Positions 8,371 through 18,191 of a stretch of 64,000 nucleotides of DNA are shown piece after piece. How positions within the stretch are numbered: position 1 is the first letter of the stretch; each line of letters begins with the position of its first letter. This DNA comes from Candidatus Krumholzibacteriota bacterium. GTDB taxonomy: Bacteria > Krumholzibacteriota > Krumholzibacteriia > JAJRXK01. Under the pieces are notes generated by a model. It searched no databases. It was not told where the DNA came from and worked only from the letters and a program-made list of their open reading frames with translations. The translations under genes were made by a program, and so were the position numbers. The stretch covers positions 448,001 through 512,000 of the forward strand of contig CAVSGG010000009.1 in assembly GCA_963727455.1 (NCBI GenBank). Direction: 5' to 3'.

Positions 8371-10242
8371 GTGAGACGCAGCAGTTTGATCATTCTCTGT
8401 CTGATCCTGGCCTTGACGAGCTTCTCGGCCCAATCCGCAGTGGCCGAGAAGATCCCCGTGAAGAGCCTGACCGATCTCCCCGTCCGCTCCTATCCAGTGG
8501 AAGGGTCCGTAAGCGAGATGCTCGCCTCCGATGGGGCGATGACCGCCCTCGGGGATGCCGTCCGCAAGGACATCGAGTCCATTTTGCAGAACTACGATCT
8601 GCAGGATCCGGCGATGCTGAAGGGTTACTACGGAATCCTGATGACCCTGGATCTATTGGCCCAGCACGACGAGCAGGCGCTCTCGTGGATCGACAAGATC
8701 AAGAACCTGGAAGACAAGGCTTCGGCGAAGCTTCTCACCGGAATGACGGCGCGGGCCCTGGTGGCCGCTCGTAAGGCGGGGGAAAAGGGATCGCCTGCTT
8801 ACAGGAAGGCCTTTCAGGACCAGCTCAGCAAGCAGCTGCAGGCCCTCCCCTGGGACGTGGTGCAGGACGACATTCAGCAGCAGAGGGGAATGGCGGAGAT
8901 TCTCTCCGAAAACGTGATCATGGGCATGGTGCAGTCCCAGATCGATCCTGTGGTCGCCAACTCCCACGAGCTGAGCGGCGAGATGGCGGATCGGGTGATC
9001 GGGCTGTACTTCGCTCTGAAGGACATTCTGCCGCTGAAGGATGAACGGATCGCCGCCCTCACCACGATCGTTGATGCCCACAAGGAGGCCAAGAAAGACA
9101 TCTGGCCCCAACGGGAGCTGACCCTCGCGCCGGGAAAAAACTATACACCGGTCGTGGTGGGCATTTGGGACTCGGGTGTCGACACGAGTGTCTATGAGAA
9201 CTCCCTCTGGACGAACCCAAACGAGAAACTCGACGGCAAAGATGACGATGGCAACGGTTTCGTAGATGATCTCCACGGGATCGCCTACGACCTCCAGGGC
9301 AATCCGAACCCCAACCTCCTACACCCTCTGGGGGACCAGGAGGGTAAAGTCGCGGACGCGATGCACTACATGAAGGGGATCATGGACCTCCAAGCCGCGA
9401 TCCAGAGCGACGCGGCCAGCGAGGTTCGCCAGCACCTGTCCACGATTCCGGCCGATCAGATGAAGAATTTCATGACCTCGCTGGGATTCGTCGGACTGTA
9501 CGCGCACGGCACTCACGTCGCGGGGATCGCCACCAGGGGCAATCCCTACGCGAAGATCCTCATCTCGCGAATCACCTTCGATTACCATACCCTTCCGGCT
9601 GCGATCACCAAGGAAATCGCCCAGCGGGATGCGGCCTCCTACGCGGCTTCGGCCAAGTACTTCCGGGCCGCCAAGGTGAGAGTGGTCAACATGAGCTGGG
9701 GCTGGACCTTCCGTGAGATCGAGTCGAGTCTCGAGGCGAACGGCATCGGAAAGACCGCCGAAGAGCGCAAGGCGATCGCCGAGGAGAATTTCAATATCCT
9801 CGACGAGGGGCTCAGGAAGGCGATCGCGAGTTGTCCGAACATTCTCTTCGTGGTCGCTGCCGGCAACGACGATTCCGACGTCAGCTTTCATCGCACCATT
9901 CCCTCTTCCTACGAGATGCCGAACGTTCTGGTGGTGGGTGCGGTCGATCAGGAAGGCAAGCGCACGAGCTTCACCAGTATGGGTGATAAGGTGGTGGTGT
10001 ATTCCAACGGCTTCGAGGTGGAGAGTTACGTGCCGGGAGGAGAGAAGATGGCCCTGTCCGGAACCTCGATGGCCTCTCCGAACGTGATGAATCTCGCGGC
10101 AAAACTGGTGGCCATGAAGCCGGATCTGACCCCGCCGGAGATCATTGCGTTGATCGAGAGGGGCGCCGACAATTTGCCGGACCAGCCCAAGCTGAAACTC
10201 ATCAACCCCAAGGCGACGGCGGCTCTGCTCGCAGAGCAATAG
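8371..10242 (+). CDS. Secreted S8 (subtilisin-like) serine peptidase
   Basis: Signal peptide after GGAGGA RBS; WDSGVD, HGTHVAG, AAGN, GTSMASP. Confidence 0.92.
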   Translation: MRRSSLIILCLILALTSFSAQSAVAEKIPVKSLTDLPVRSYPVEGSVSEMLASDGAMTALGDAVRKDIESILQNYDLQDPAMLKGYYGILMTLDLLAQHDEQALSWIDKIKNLEDKASAKLLTGMTARALVAARKAGEKGSPAYRKAFQDQLSKQLQALPWDVVQDDIQQQRGMAEILSENVIMGMVQSQIDPVVANSHELSGEMADRVIGLYFALKDILPLKDERIAALTTIVDAHKEAKKDIWPQRELTLAPGKNYTPVVVGIWDSGVDTSVYENSLWTNPNEKLDGKDDDGNGFVDDLHGIAYDLQGNPNPNLLHPLGDQEGKVADAMHYMKGIMDLQAAIQSDAASEVRQHLSTIPADQMKNFMTSLGFVGLYAHGTHVAGIATRGNPYAKILISRITFDYHTLPAAITKEIAQRDAASYAASAKYFRAAKVRVVNMSWGWTFREIESSLEANGIGKTAEERKAIAEENFNILDEGLRKAIASCPNILFVVAAGNDDSDVSFHRTIPSSYEMPNVLVVGAVDQEGKRTSFTSMGDKVVVYSNGFEVESYVPGGEKMALSGTSMASPNVMNLAAKLVAMKPDLTPPEIIALIERGADNLPDQPKLKLINPKATAALLAEQ

Positions 10243-10422
10243 ACCCAACGAGCGCAAGAGGAGGGATGGGCCCGGCGGCCCACCCTCTTGCCTCGCCCTA
10301 GGGATTGACCGGGCCGGGGCAGGAATGGTCTACTTCTGGGCGTTGTTCGGGAGACTCTCCTGGATGCTCCCGCCACTCTCTTCGGTCCTGCTGAGCAGGG
10401 CGTTTGATGGAGCAAAGGACGG

Positions 10423-11103
10423 ATGATGCGACGCGTACTTGCAGCTGTGACCCTGGGAATTCTCCTGATGACCGCGAACCTAGTGCTCGGAGCCGAGCTG
10501 CGCCAAGGCGCGACGATCGTCACCATGGACGGCAGCTTCGTGAGCATGGTGACGGATCCAGCCGCGCAGACCAGCTACGGCAGTGGGGGCGTCTTCAGCT
10601 ACGAGAAACTCAGCTCCAATGCGAATTGGACCGCCGGCTTCCGCTTCCACTACTTCAAAGTCAAAGAGGACTACAAGGGGCCGGAGGAGCAGGACGTACA
10701 CGGGGAGTACAACGACATTTTGCTGCAGCTCAAGGCTCGCTACTTTCTCGAGCTGCACCCCCGACTCAAGGGCTATGCGGGCGTAGGCATGGGCTTCAAA
10801 TTTACGACCTTCACCATCACGACCGATGGCTCGCCCTTCGAAGACAACGAGAGCAACTTCAGCCTGTCTCTACCGGTTGGCGTCGACGCCTACCTCACGG
10901 ATAAGATCTTCATCAACCTGGACTACACCTTCAATTTCCTGGCAACCACCAGCTATCTGCGGCACGACATCGTCAACAGTTTTCAGGCCGGGATAGGTTT
11001 TCAATTCGGTGGAGGCGGGTCGCCCGAGGAGAAAGCTCCCAAGGACGAGGGGGCGAGCGATAGAAACGAAGAAGCGCCCACCGACGAGGGCGGCGGGCGC
11101 TGA
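10423..11103 (+). CDS. Outer-membrane beta-barrel protein (OmpW/porin-like)
   Basis: Signal peptide, alternating beta strands, YAGVGMG, terminal strand QAGIGFQF then an acidic tail. Confidence 0.75.
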   Translation: MMRRVLAAVTLGILLMTANLVLGAELRQGATIVTMDGSFVSMVTDPAAQTSYGSGGVFSYEKLSSNANWTAGFRFHYFKVKEDYKGPEEQDVHGEYNDILLQLKARYFLELHPRLKGYAGVGMGFKFTTFTITTDGSPFEDNESNFSLSLPVGVDAYLTDKIFINLDYTFNFLATTSYLRHDIVNSFQAGIGFQFGGGGSPEEKAPKDEGASDRNEEAPTDEGGGR

Positions 11104-11128
11104 TCGAGACCGATGCGATTTCCTTCGC

Positions 11129-12307
11129 TCAGCCGGCGTTCTTCTCGGCTAGCTCTCGGAAGCGCTTGAGCTGCTTGGTGTAGTAGTCGTTCTGAGGATC
11201 GTTCTCCTTGGCCCGCTCTGCGAGACTCACTGCGTCGTCGCAGTTGCCCCGCGCATTGCACAGTTCGGCGGCCGTGTCCAGGATCGCGGCGCGCTGTGGG
11301 CCCGCTTCCGCTAGCTCGGCCCCCTTCCGTGCGAGTTGCTCCGCGCGTTCGAGGTCGACCTCGTTCTCGAAGCACCACCAGGCGTACTGGTTGAGCCGAT
11401 CGGGGTTCTCGAGCCACCCTTCGGGCATCGTGTCGTATTTCAGATCCGCGGCCTTCTTTCGATCTTTCTCCACGTAGAGCGCGTAATCGACAGCGATGTA
11501 ATCGCGCATGCTCTTCGCCTCAGGCGAGTCGTTGTCCTTCACGAGCTTCCATGCATCCTCGACATAACGATGGCGGAGCGCAGGATCCCCCGTCGCATCG
11601 GCCAAACCCGGCTGGGTCTGATAGACCATCATCTTGTCTTCGAATTTATCACCCGCCATGACCGCATCGGCGGCAGCAACCACTTGGTCCTTGGTGAAGA
11701 GCCCGGCCCTGAGTCCGTAATACTTGGCCATGTAGATCGCGCCCTCGTAGCCTCCTCCCTGCAGCTTGGCGGCCTTCTCGTACCAGCTGGCCGCCTTGCT
11801 CATATCGCTCGCGGCGAGGGCAGCGTCGGCGATTGCCGCTGCGTCTTCTACCTTGGGCGTTTTCTCGAATCTCATCTCCTTGTCCACCAAAGTGGTCGGA
11901 TCGGACAGGCCCTTGTTCATGTTCTTCAAGAAGCCGTCCGCGTCGCCGTATCCTACCCATCGGTACACTGGATTCCCTTCGGCGTTCGCCAGGAGGAAAT
12001 TGGGATAGGAGCGCACGCCGTAGCGCCGGGCAAGCTCGATACCGTCGCCCTTCTCGGCATCGATGCTGAAGAATACGACCGACTTCAGGCCCTTTTTCAA
12101 TTCGGGAACGGCAGTGGCATCCGCCTTGAAGTGTTTACAGGGTCCACACCAATCGGCGTAGAAATCGACGAGTACCAGTTTCCCCTGCGTCTTGGCCATA
12201 CCGAGCGCTTCGTCGAAAGTGGCGGCTTCCTCGGCCTTCGCGGTGACGCTGGCGACCAGGCTCAGCGCACACACCACCAGTGCAATGCGTAGTTTCCGGA
12301 AAAACAT
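11129..12307 (-). CDS. Exported thioredoxin-domain protein with TPR-like C-terminus
   Basis: Signal peptide, DFYADWCGPCK, cis-Pro SYP, C-terminal LNQYAW...ILDTAAE helical repeats. Confidence 0.85.
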   Translation of the reverse strand: MFFRKLRIALVVCALSLVASVTAKAEEAATFDEALGMAKTQGKLVLVDFYADWCGPCKHFKADATAVPELKKGLKSVVFFSIDAEKGDGIELARRYGVRSYPNFLLANAEGNPVYRWVGYGDADGFLKNMNKGLSDPTTLVDKEMRFEKTPKVEDAAAIADAALAASDMSKAASWYEKAAKLQGGGYEGAIYMAKYYGLRAGLFTKDQVVAAADAVMAGDKFEDKMMVYQTQPGLADATGDPALRHRYVEDAWKLVKDNDSPEAKSMRDYIAVDYALYVEKDRKKAADLKYDTMPEGWLENPDRLNQYAWWCFENEVDLERAEQLARKGAELAEAGPQRAAILDTAAELCNARGNCDDAVSLAERAKENDPQNDYYTKQLKRFRELAEKNAG

Positions 12308-12416
12308 CCTGAGGTTCCTTTCTGAGAGCTTTCTCGCGGGGTCAAACAAACGATAGTTCGTGGATCGGGAGAAAACCAGCCGACTCCCGCCCTTCCCGCC
12401 GATTCTACGTTTCCAC

Positions 12417-13622
12417 TCAGTCGATCGTGACCATTTCGGCCAGATAGGCCCGGATGATGCGCGCCATTCTCTCCACTCCGATCCGGATTCTCTCCGGGGA
12501 GGAAACCGAGTAATTGACCCGCATCGTATTCTCATGCCCTCCGTTGGGATAGAAGGAAGAGCCGGGTACGAACGCCACCTTTTCCTTCAGACAGCGCTCG
12601 AGCACCTCCCGTGTCTCGGCCCCCTCGGGCAATTCGACCCACAGGAACATCCCTCCCTGGGGCCGCGTGTAACTCACTCCTTCGGGCATGAATTCGTCCA
12701 TGGCAGCAAGCATCACGTCATGGCGCTCCCGATAAAGCTCGCGAATTCCGCGGATATTCTCGTCCAGGTCGTGGTCCCTCATGTACTGGAGAATGTCCAG
12801 CTGCGCGATGGTCGAGGTGTGTAGATCCACTCCCTGCTTGACCAACTCGTATTTCCTTCTGAGTTCGGGAGCGGCAGCCAACCAGGCGACGCGGAGGCCC
12901 GGGCAGAAAATTTTCGAAAAGGTGCCCAGGTGGATGACCATACCCTCTTTGTCCATGGACTTGATCGAGGGAATATCCTCGCCCTCGAAACGCAGCTCGG
13001 CGTAAGGACTGTCCTCGAGCACCGGCACCTGGAATCGATTCGCGAGCTCGATCAGTTTTTGGCGCCGCTGCAGCGACCAGGTGCGTCCCGAGGGGTTCTG
13101 GAAGTCGGGAATGACGTAGATCATTCTCGCGCGTTCTTCGGTGCTCAGGACCCTCTCGAGCTCAACCATGTCCATACCCTGATCGTCGGTGCTGATTTCG
13201 ACAAAACGCGGGGCGTAGGGCACGAAGGCCTGGATGGCGCCCAAATAGGTTGGAGACTCGCAGAGGACCACGTCGCCCTCGTCCAGCAGGATCTTCGCCG
13301 ACATGTCGAGCCCCTGTTGCGACCCGCTGGTGATGAGAATCTCCTCCGGCGTGACATTCGTGCCACGCCCGGAGTTCATGCGATTGGCGATCATCTCGCG
13401 CAGATCCTTGTCCCCGTCGGTGGGGGAATACTGCAGAGCGCGTCGACCCTGTTCGCTGAGAACGGTATCCGCGGCCTTCCGGAGATCTTCTACGGGGAAG
13501 GTCTCTGGAGCGGGAAGCCCGCCGGCAAATGAGATCATCTCGGGGTGCTGGGTGAGTTTCAGCAGCTCGCGGATTTCGGAAGCCTTGATCTTCTCCATCC
13601 GCTTGGCGAGTTTGATGTTCAT
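12417..13622 (-). CDS. PLP-dependent class I/II aminotransferase (LysN / 2-aminoadipate transaminase-like)
   Basis: SEIRELLK, ISFAGGLP, FQNPSG, EDSPY, TFSKIFCPGLR. Confidence 0.9.
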   Translation of the reverse strand: MNIKLAKRMEKIKASEIRELLKLTQHPEMISFAGGLPAPETFPVEDLRKAADTVLSEQGRRALQYSPTDGDKDLREMIANRMNSGRGTNVTPEEILITSGSQQGLDMSAKILLDEGDVVLCESPTYLGAIQAFVPYAPRFVEISTDDQGMDMVELERVLSTEERARMIYVIPDFQNPSGRTWSLQRRQKLIELANRFQVPVLEDSPYAELRFEGEDIPSIKSMDKEGMVIHLGTFSKIFCPGLRVAWLAAAPELRRKYELVKQGVDLHTSTIAQLDILQYMRDHDLDENIRGIRELYRERHDVMLAAMDEFMPEGVSYTRPQGGMFLWVELPEGAETREVLERCLKEKVAFVPGSSFYPNGGHENTMRVNYSVSSPERIRIGVERMARIIRAYLAEMVTID

Positions 13623-13661
13623 GCTAGACCACCTGAGCTAAGGGAGATGCCCGAGAACCCG

Positions 13662-15176
13662 TTAAACGATGGGATGGGTTCCCACGCCTTCGGCGACGTT
13701 CAATCGCGCTCCGGCAGAACTGCGAGCTACCGCATCCATGAGCCGGGTCACCCCCGGCACGATTTGGTCCTCACGGGAAAAAGAAAAATTGAGTCTGATG
13801 AAGGGCGTGCCTGGATCTTCCACATAGCACGACCAACCGGGCAGAAACGAAACTCCGGCTTCGGCGGCCGTACTCACCAGACGCGAGCGTTCGACCTCCA
13901 CGGGAAGGCGGCACCACAGATAGAATCCACCCTCCGGACGGGCCCATCGCACACCGGCCGGAGCACAATTCTGCAAAGTCTCGTGCATGAGATCCCTGCG
14001 GCGTGCGTAATGACCCCGCACCATCCGGACGTGCTCGTCCAGTCCACCCTCGCGAATCAGCGCGTCGACCACCCACTGTCCCGGAGTATCACTGTGCAGG
14101 TCGATAGCCTGCTTCAGGAGCGCGAATTGTCGCACCACGGTCCGGTCGGCCACCAGCCAGCCCAGGCGCAGCCCGGGAAAGAGAATCTTGGAGAAGGTGG
14201 AGAGGTAGATCACACCACCGTGGCGATCCAAGGCCTTCAAGCTGGGCAAGTTCTCCCCGTCGTAGCGCAGCTCGGAGTAGGGATCGTCCTCCAACACTGG
14301 AATGGAATAACGCCACGCCAACTCCAGGAGGTGCTGGCGCCGCGGCAGACTCATCACGGTTCCCGCCGGATTCTTGAAAGTGGGCAGGGTATAGATCAGC
14401 TTCGGCCGTTGCCGTTCCAGGACGGTGGCCAAGACATCGGTGACCATCCCCTGTTCGTCACTGGGTACGGGAATGATCCGGGCCCGCGCTCCGCGGAAAG
14501 CTTGGAGCGCTCCGAAGTAGGTGGGCTCATCCACCACCACCAGATCTCCCGGATCCAAAAAGACGCGCGCCGCCAGATCCAGGCCCTGCTGCGAACCCGA
14601 GAGAACGAGAACCTCCTCGGCGCCACACTCCACGCCACGGGAGCGCATTCTTTCGGCCAGCGATTCGCGAAACGGCCGTACTCCTTCGGTCGGACATTGC
14701 AGCAGAGAAGCCGAGCCCAGCTTGCCCGAGAGATCCCGCATGACACGCTCGACCATCTCCGCGGGCAGAAGCTCCGGGGCGGGCAGTCCCACCGAGAGAG
14801 GAATGACATCCTCGCGGCCGGCCATTTCCAAGAGATCGCGCACGAGCGGATCGCTGTCCTGTCGGACGGATTCCGCGAAGAGCTGACGCCAGGGAAGCGA
14901 AGCGGTCGTATCCGCCGCACTATCCTCGCGCCCAAAGGCGAGGACCGAGGTACCGCGGCCCACGTGGGCACGGGCGAGTCCACTGCGCTTGAGCTCGCGG
15001 TAAGCGCTCACCACCGTGCTGCGATTCACTCCCAGCTGCTGCGCCAGGGAGCGTTCGGGCGGCAAGAGGGTTCCCTCGCTCACCTCGCCACTGGCGATTC
15101 TCTCGCGCAGCTGCTGCACGATTTGCAGATAGATGGGAACTGCGCTGTCATGCTCGACTTCGATGCGCAGGCTCAT
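13662..15176 (-). CDS. MocR/GabR-family regulator (GntR HTH + aminotransferase domain)
   Basis: PIYLQI...LPPERSLA..LGVNRSTV..AY...GRGT; TFSKILFPGLRLG. Confidence 0.92.
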   Translation of the reverse strand: MSLRIEVEHDSAVPIYLQIVQQLRERIASGEVSEGTLLPPERSLAQQLGVNRSTVVSAYRELKRSGLARAHVGRGTSVLAFGREDSAADTTASLPWRQLFAESVRQDSDPLVRDLLEMAGREDVIPLSVGLPAPELLPAEMVERVMRDLSGKLGSASLLQCPTEGVRPFRESLAERMRSRGVECGAEEVLVLSGSQQGLDLAARVFLDPGDLVVVDEPTYFGALQAFRGARARIIPVPSDEQGMVTDVLATVLERQRPKLIYTLPTFKNPAGTVMSLPRRQHLLELAWRYSIPVLEDDPYSELRYDGENLPSLKALDRHGGVIYLSTFSKILFPGLRLGWLVADRTVVRQFALLKQAIDLHSDTPGQWVVDALIREGGLDEHVRMVRGHYARRRDLMHETLQNCAPAGVRWARPEGGFYLWCRLPVEVERSRLVSTAAEAGVSFLPGWSCYVEDPGTPFIRLNFSFSREDQIVPGVTRLMDAVARSSAGARLNVAEGVGTHPIV

Positions 15177-15284
15177 GAGACCTTCCCGGAAGAAGCGGCG
15201 GGGGCAGAGACGCACTGCGTCCGATTCCCAATTGGAGGGGTCCTTTGGAGAAGATAGGGCTTCTCAGACGCGAGTCAAGCCCAT

Positions 15285-15330
15285 TTGGATGGGAAATTTC
15301 ACCATCCAATCAGGATGTTGCTCATCCAAT
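15285..15330. promoter_or_regulatory. Putative MocR operator (inverted plus direct repeats)
   Basis: TTGGATGG-N9-CCATCCAA palindrome and CATCCAAT direct repeats at 15303 and 15323. Confidence 0.6.
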
Positions 15331-15374
15331 TACAGCGTTTCACGAAGAGAGGGCGACCGGGCGAGGGTGTGGGC

Positions 15375-16241
15375 TCAAGGTTGGGCGCGGTAGGCGAAGA
15401 GCCAGTCCAAGAGAGCGGCGCTCGTGAGAGTGGACACCGCGCTCCAGGCCAAATCGCCACTGCGCCAGGCGAGTCCCTGGTATCCCCAACTCTGACCCTG
15501 GTAGAGGGGTCCCTGCGGGGTTGGATGTTCTTTGGCTTTTGTGAAGTCGATCTGTGCCGCTGGCACCGCAAACAGCAGGACGACCGCCCCCTGACCGTCA
15601 CGGTATTCGACCAGAGCTGACAGCCGGCTCACGGTATGCCAGATGCGGGCTCCCTGAAGCTGCCAACCCGGCGGTCCGTTGCCCACGGCGGGACTGAAGG
15701 GCAATCCCCGGTCGAGCCAGGTGGACGCTTCGTGGGGATCATGGCTGAGCAGTTCCAGTGGTCGCTGCAGTTGCGTGATCAGATATCCATCGTGGGTGAC
15801 GTCCTGGAGATAGTCTTGCACGGTGGCCGGAACCTGACCCCCGGAGGAGGGATGACTCGGCAACCAATTCGCCAGCGCGAAGCCCAGGAGGATCCCGGCG
15901 GCCAGCGTGGTGCTGGGGACGAGCCACCTCCAGCGCCAAGGGGCTCTCGCCACCCTCCCCTGCTCGGCGCTACGCTGTGCCGGCCCTAGAGGCTCGTGCC
16001 CCGCCCTGTCCACTGCCTCCGCGAGCGCTTCGCGCAGACCTACTCGCAGGGAAGGGGGCGCGCTCGCCCGCGAACTCTCGAGCCTTGGCAGGCGTTCTCG
16101 CAGGAGCTGAAAGGACTCCGCCGCGGCGCGGCAGCGGGCACAGTGTGCAAGGTGCGCGCGCGTCCCCTCATCCCACGAGGCAGGCTCGGGATTCAGTTGG
16201 ATCTTCTCGAAGATCCGCGCGTGCTCGGAATTGGAGCTCAA
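15375..16241 (-). CDS. Zinc-binding (ZAS) transmembrane anti-sigma factor
   Basis: HLAHCARC (HxxxCxxC), single TM helix, downstream of an ECF sigma gene. Confidence 0.8.
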   Translation of the reverse strand: MSSNSEHARIFEKIQLNPEPASWDEGTRAHLAHCARCRAAAESFQLLRERLPRLESSRASAPPSLRVGLREALAEAVDRAGHEPLGPAQRSAEQGRVARAPWRWRWLVPSTTLAAGILLGFALANWLPSHPSSGGQVPATVQDYLQDVTHDGYLITQLQRPLELLSHDPHEASTWLDRGLPFSPAVGNGPPGWQLQGARIWHTVSRLSALVEYRDGQGAVVLLFAVPAAQIDFTKAKEHPTPQGPLYQGQSWGYQGLAWRSGDLAWSAVSTLTSAALLDWLFAYRAQP

Positions 16242-16256
16242 GTCTCTTGCGGCCTC

Positions 16257-16823
16257 CTAGCCATTCCCGTCGCCGGTCTTCGGACGGTCCTGGGCTTGAA
16301 GAAGCGAAACCAAGCGTCGCCGCGCTCGGTACAATCGCGATCGAATGGTGCCCACCGGCACCTCGAAGCTGGCCGCGGCCTCCTCGTAGGAGAAGCCCTC
16401 GGCATCCACCAACAGCAGCATCGCCTTCCATTGCGGAGGAAGCGCATTCAAAGCCTCTTCCCAATCGTCATCGAAAGTCTGGCGGAGAATTTCGGGCTCG
16501 AAAGAGGCAGGATCGTCGATCGCACCATCGGGCAGCGTTTCGTCGAAGCTCTCCTCCCAGAATCCAGCGGGACGGCGCGCCTCCTTGCGCAGTTGATCCA
16601 GCCAAGTGGTGTGAACCACGCGTGCCAACCACGAACGAAGTTGCGAGCCATCCTTCAGCCCACCGATTCCTCGCATGGCCCGCAGCAGAGCATCCTGCAC
16701 CAGATCTTCCGCTGTATTGGGGTCCCGGGTCAGGGAAAGTCCCATCCTCCACAGAAGGTCGAGCTGAGGCAAAACCTGGCTCTCGAAGCGGCGGGCGAGG
16801 TCCTCGGAAAGTGGTAGATTCAT
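16257..16823 (-). CDS. ECF-family sigma-70 factor
   Basis: AEDLVQDALLRA, RSWL, EGFSYEEAA...VPVGTIRSRLYRARRRL. Confidence 0.92.
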   Translation of the reverse strand: MNLPLSEDLARRFESQVLPQLDLLWRMGLSLTRDPNTAEDLVQDALLRAMRGIGGLKDGSQLRSWLARVVHTTWLDQLRKEARRPAGFWEESFDETLPDGAIDDPASFEPEILRQTFDDDWEEALNALPPQWKAMLLLVDAEGFSYEEAAASFEVPVGTIRSRLYRARRRLVSLLQAQDRPKTGDGNG

Positions 16824-16867
16824 GGAGAAGGTCACCGCCGGTGGATGCGGGTACGAGCCACTCCATT

Positions 16868-17137
16868 CTAGCGCCGGATCTCCTTCCTGTCTCGCAGCGA
16901 GCCTTTGGACTCACTGGGGACTGACGCCCCCAGTGAGCCGCTGCCACCCGACACGAAAATCGCCGACGGGCGAGGGCACATTGGGCTCCACCCAAGCTTC
17001 GCCGGAGATCCGTGCTGGGCAGGAACTCCTGGGGTCTCTCCACTGGCCGGAATACGAGGGTCCCGGTCGATGCTCGTTCATGAGTTCAAAGGGAGAACGT
17101 CTCGGGGGACGCTGAAAGTTCCCTTCCCGAGTCTTTT
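16868..17137 (+). ncRNA. Candidate structured leader RNA or riboswitch upstream of the EamA transporter
   Basis: Two multi-stem domains with plus-strand G-U pairs, ending in CTCGGG...CCCGAG-TCTTTT. Confidence 0.45.
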
Positions 17138-17191
17138 GGGCGAATTTTTCCCGGCGGGGCCGACGGTCGGCGTGTGCTAGGCTGCGCCACT

Positions 17192-18109
17192 GTGAAGTAC
17201 GAACCTCAGGCCCGACTCTACGCCCTCGCCGCGGTCCTCTTGTGGTCCACGGTGGCGACTGCCTTCAAGCTCGCACTGCGGCAGCTGGACCCCGCGCAAC
17301 TTCTGTTCTGGGCGAACGGAGCCTCGCTGGTGGTGCTCGGACTCGTGCTGGCGGCGCGGCGGCAGCTCGGTCTAATCTTCCGCGCCAGCCGCGCCCAGTA
17401 CCTGCACGCCGCGATCCTGGGTTTCCTCAATCCCTTCCTCTACTACACCGTCCTCTTCACCGCCTACGACCGTCTGCCCGCGCAAGTGGCCCAACCCCTC
17501 AACTACACCTGGGCCCTGACGCTCTCATGGCTTTCGATCCCCCTGCTCCACCATCGTCTGCGCTGGCGCGATCTCGTGGCGGGACTCGTGTGTTACGGGG
17601 GTGTCGTCGTCATCTCCACCGGAGGCAATCTGCACGGCCTGAGTTATGACGGCCTGGGCATCGGACTGGCCCTCGCGAGTACGCTCATCTGGGCCCTCTA
17701 TTGGATTTTCCATACCCGCGGAGATTTGCCGCCGGTGGTCGGTTTGTTCCTGGGTTTCCTCTTCGCCGTCCCGTGGGTCACCCTCGCAGCCTCCCTGGAC
17801 GGCGGCCTCCTGCCCCACGAGGGCGGCCGGGCTTGGAGCTGGATTTTGGGCGCCATCTACGTCGGCACCTTCGAAATGGGCATCACCTTCGTTCTGTGGC
17901 TCGCCGCGATGAAACGCACCAGCAACGCGTCGAAAGTGGCGAACCTCATCTTCCTCTCCCCCTTCTTGAGCCTCGTGTTCATCGGGATCGTGCTCGGGGA
18001 GACCATCCATCGCTCGACCGTCGTGGGACTCTTCCTGATCGTCGCGGGACTTCTCACCCAGCGGGAGCAGAAACAGTTGGAGATTTCCCCGGATGCAGCA
18101 CCCAGTTGA
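17192..18109 (+). CDS. EamA/DMT-family transporter
   Basis: About 10 TM helices, LLWST, NPFLYY, LNYTW, two-repeat EamA layout. Confidence 0.9.
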   Translation: MKYEPQARLYALAAVLLWSTVATAFKLALRQLDPAQLLFWANGASLVVLGLVLAARRQLGLIFRASRAQYLHAAILGFLNPFLYYTVLFTAYDRLPAQVAQPLNYTWALTLSWLSIPLLHHRLRWRDLVAGLVCYGGVVVISTGGNLHGLSYDGLGIGLALASTLIWALYWIFHTRGDLPPVVGLFLGFLFAVPWVTLAASLDGGLLPHEGGRAWSWILGAIYVGTFEMGITFVLWLAAMKRTSNASKVANLIFLSPFLSLVFIGIVLGETIHRSTVVGLFLIVAGLLTQREQKQLEISPDAAPS

Positions 18110-18191
18110 TGCACTGCTCGACGCGGCCCGATTCCGGGCCTAAACTATGGGTTACGCCTCTTTTCGAGATTTTCCATTCAGGAGCAATCCC

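Noticed and set aside
10254-10291. Hairpin after the S8 gene as an intrinsic terminator
   Set aside because: GCAAGAGG/CCTCTTGC stem is present but there is no U-tract on either strand
13545-15257. Long antisense ORFs (570 aa here; also 42631-44259, 19619-21136, 47676-49292 and others)
   Set aside because: Shadows of real genes in a high-GC genome with no recognisable motifs
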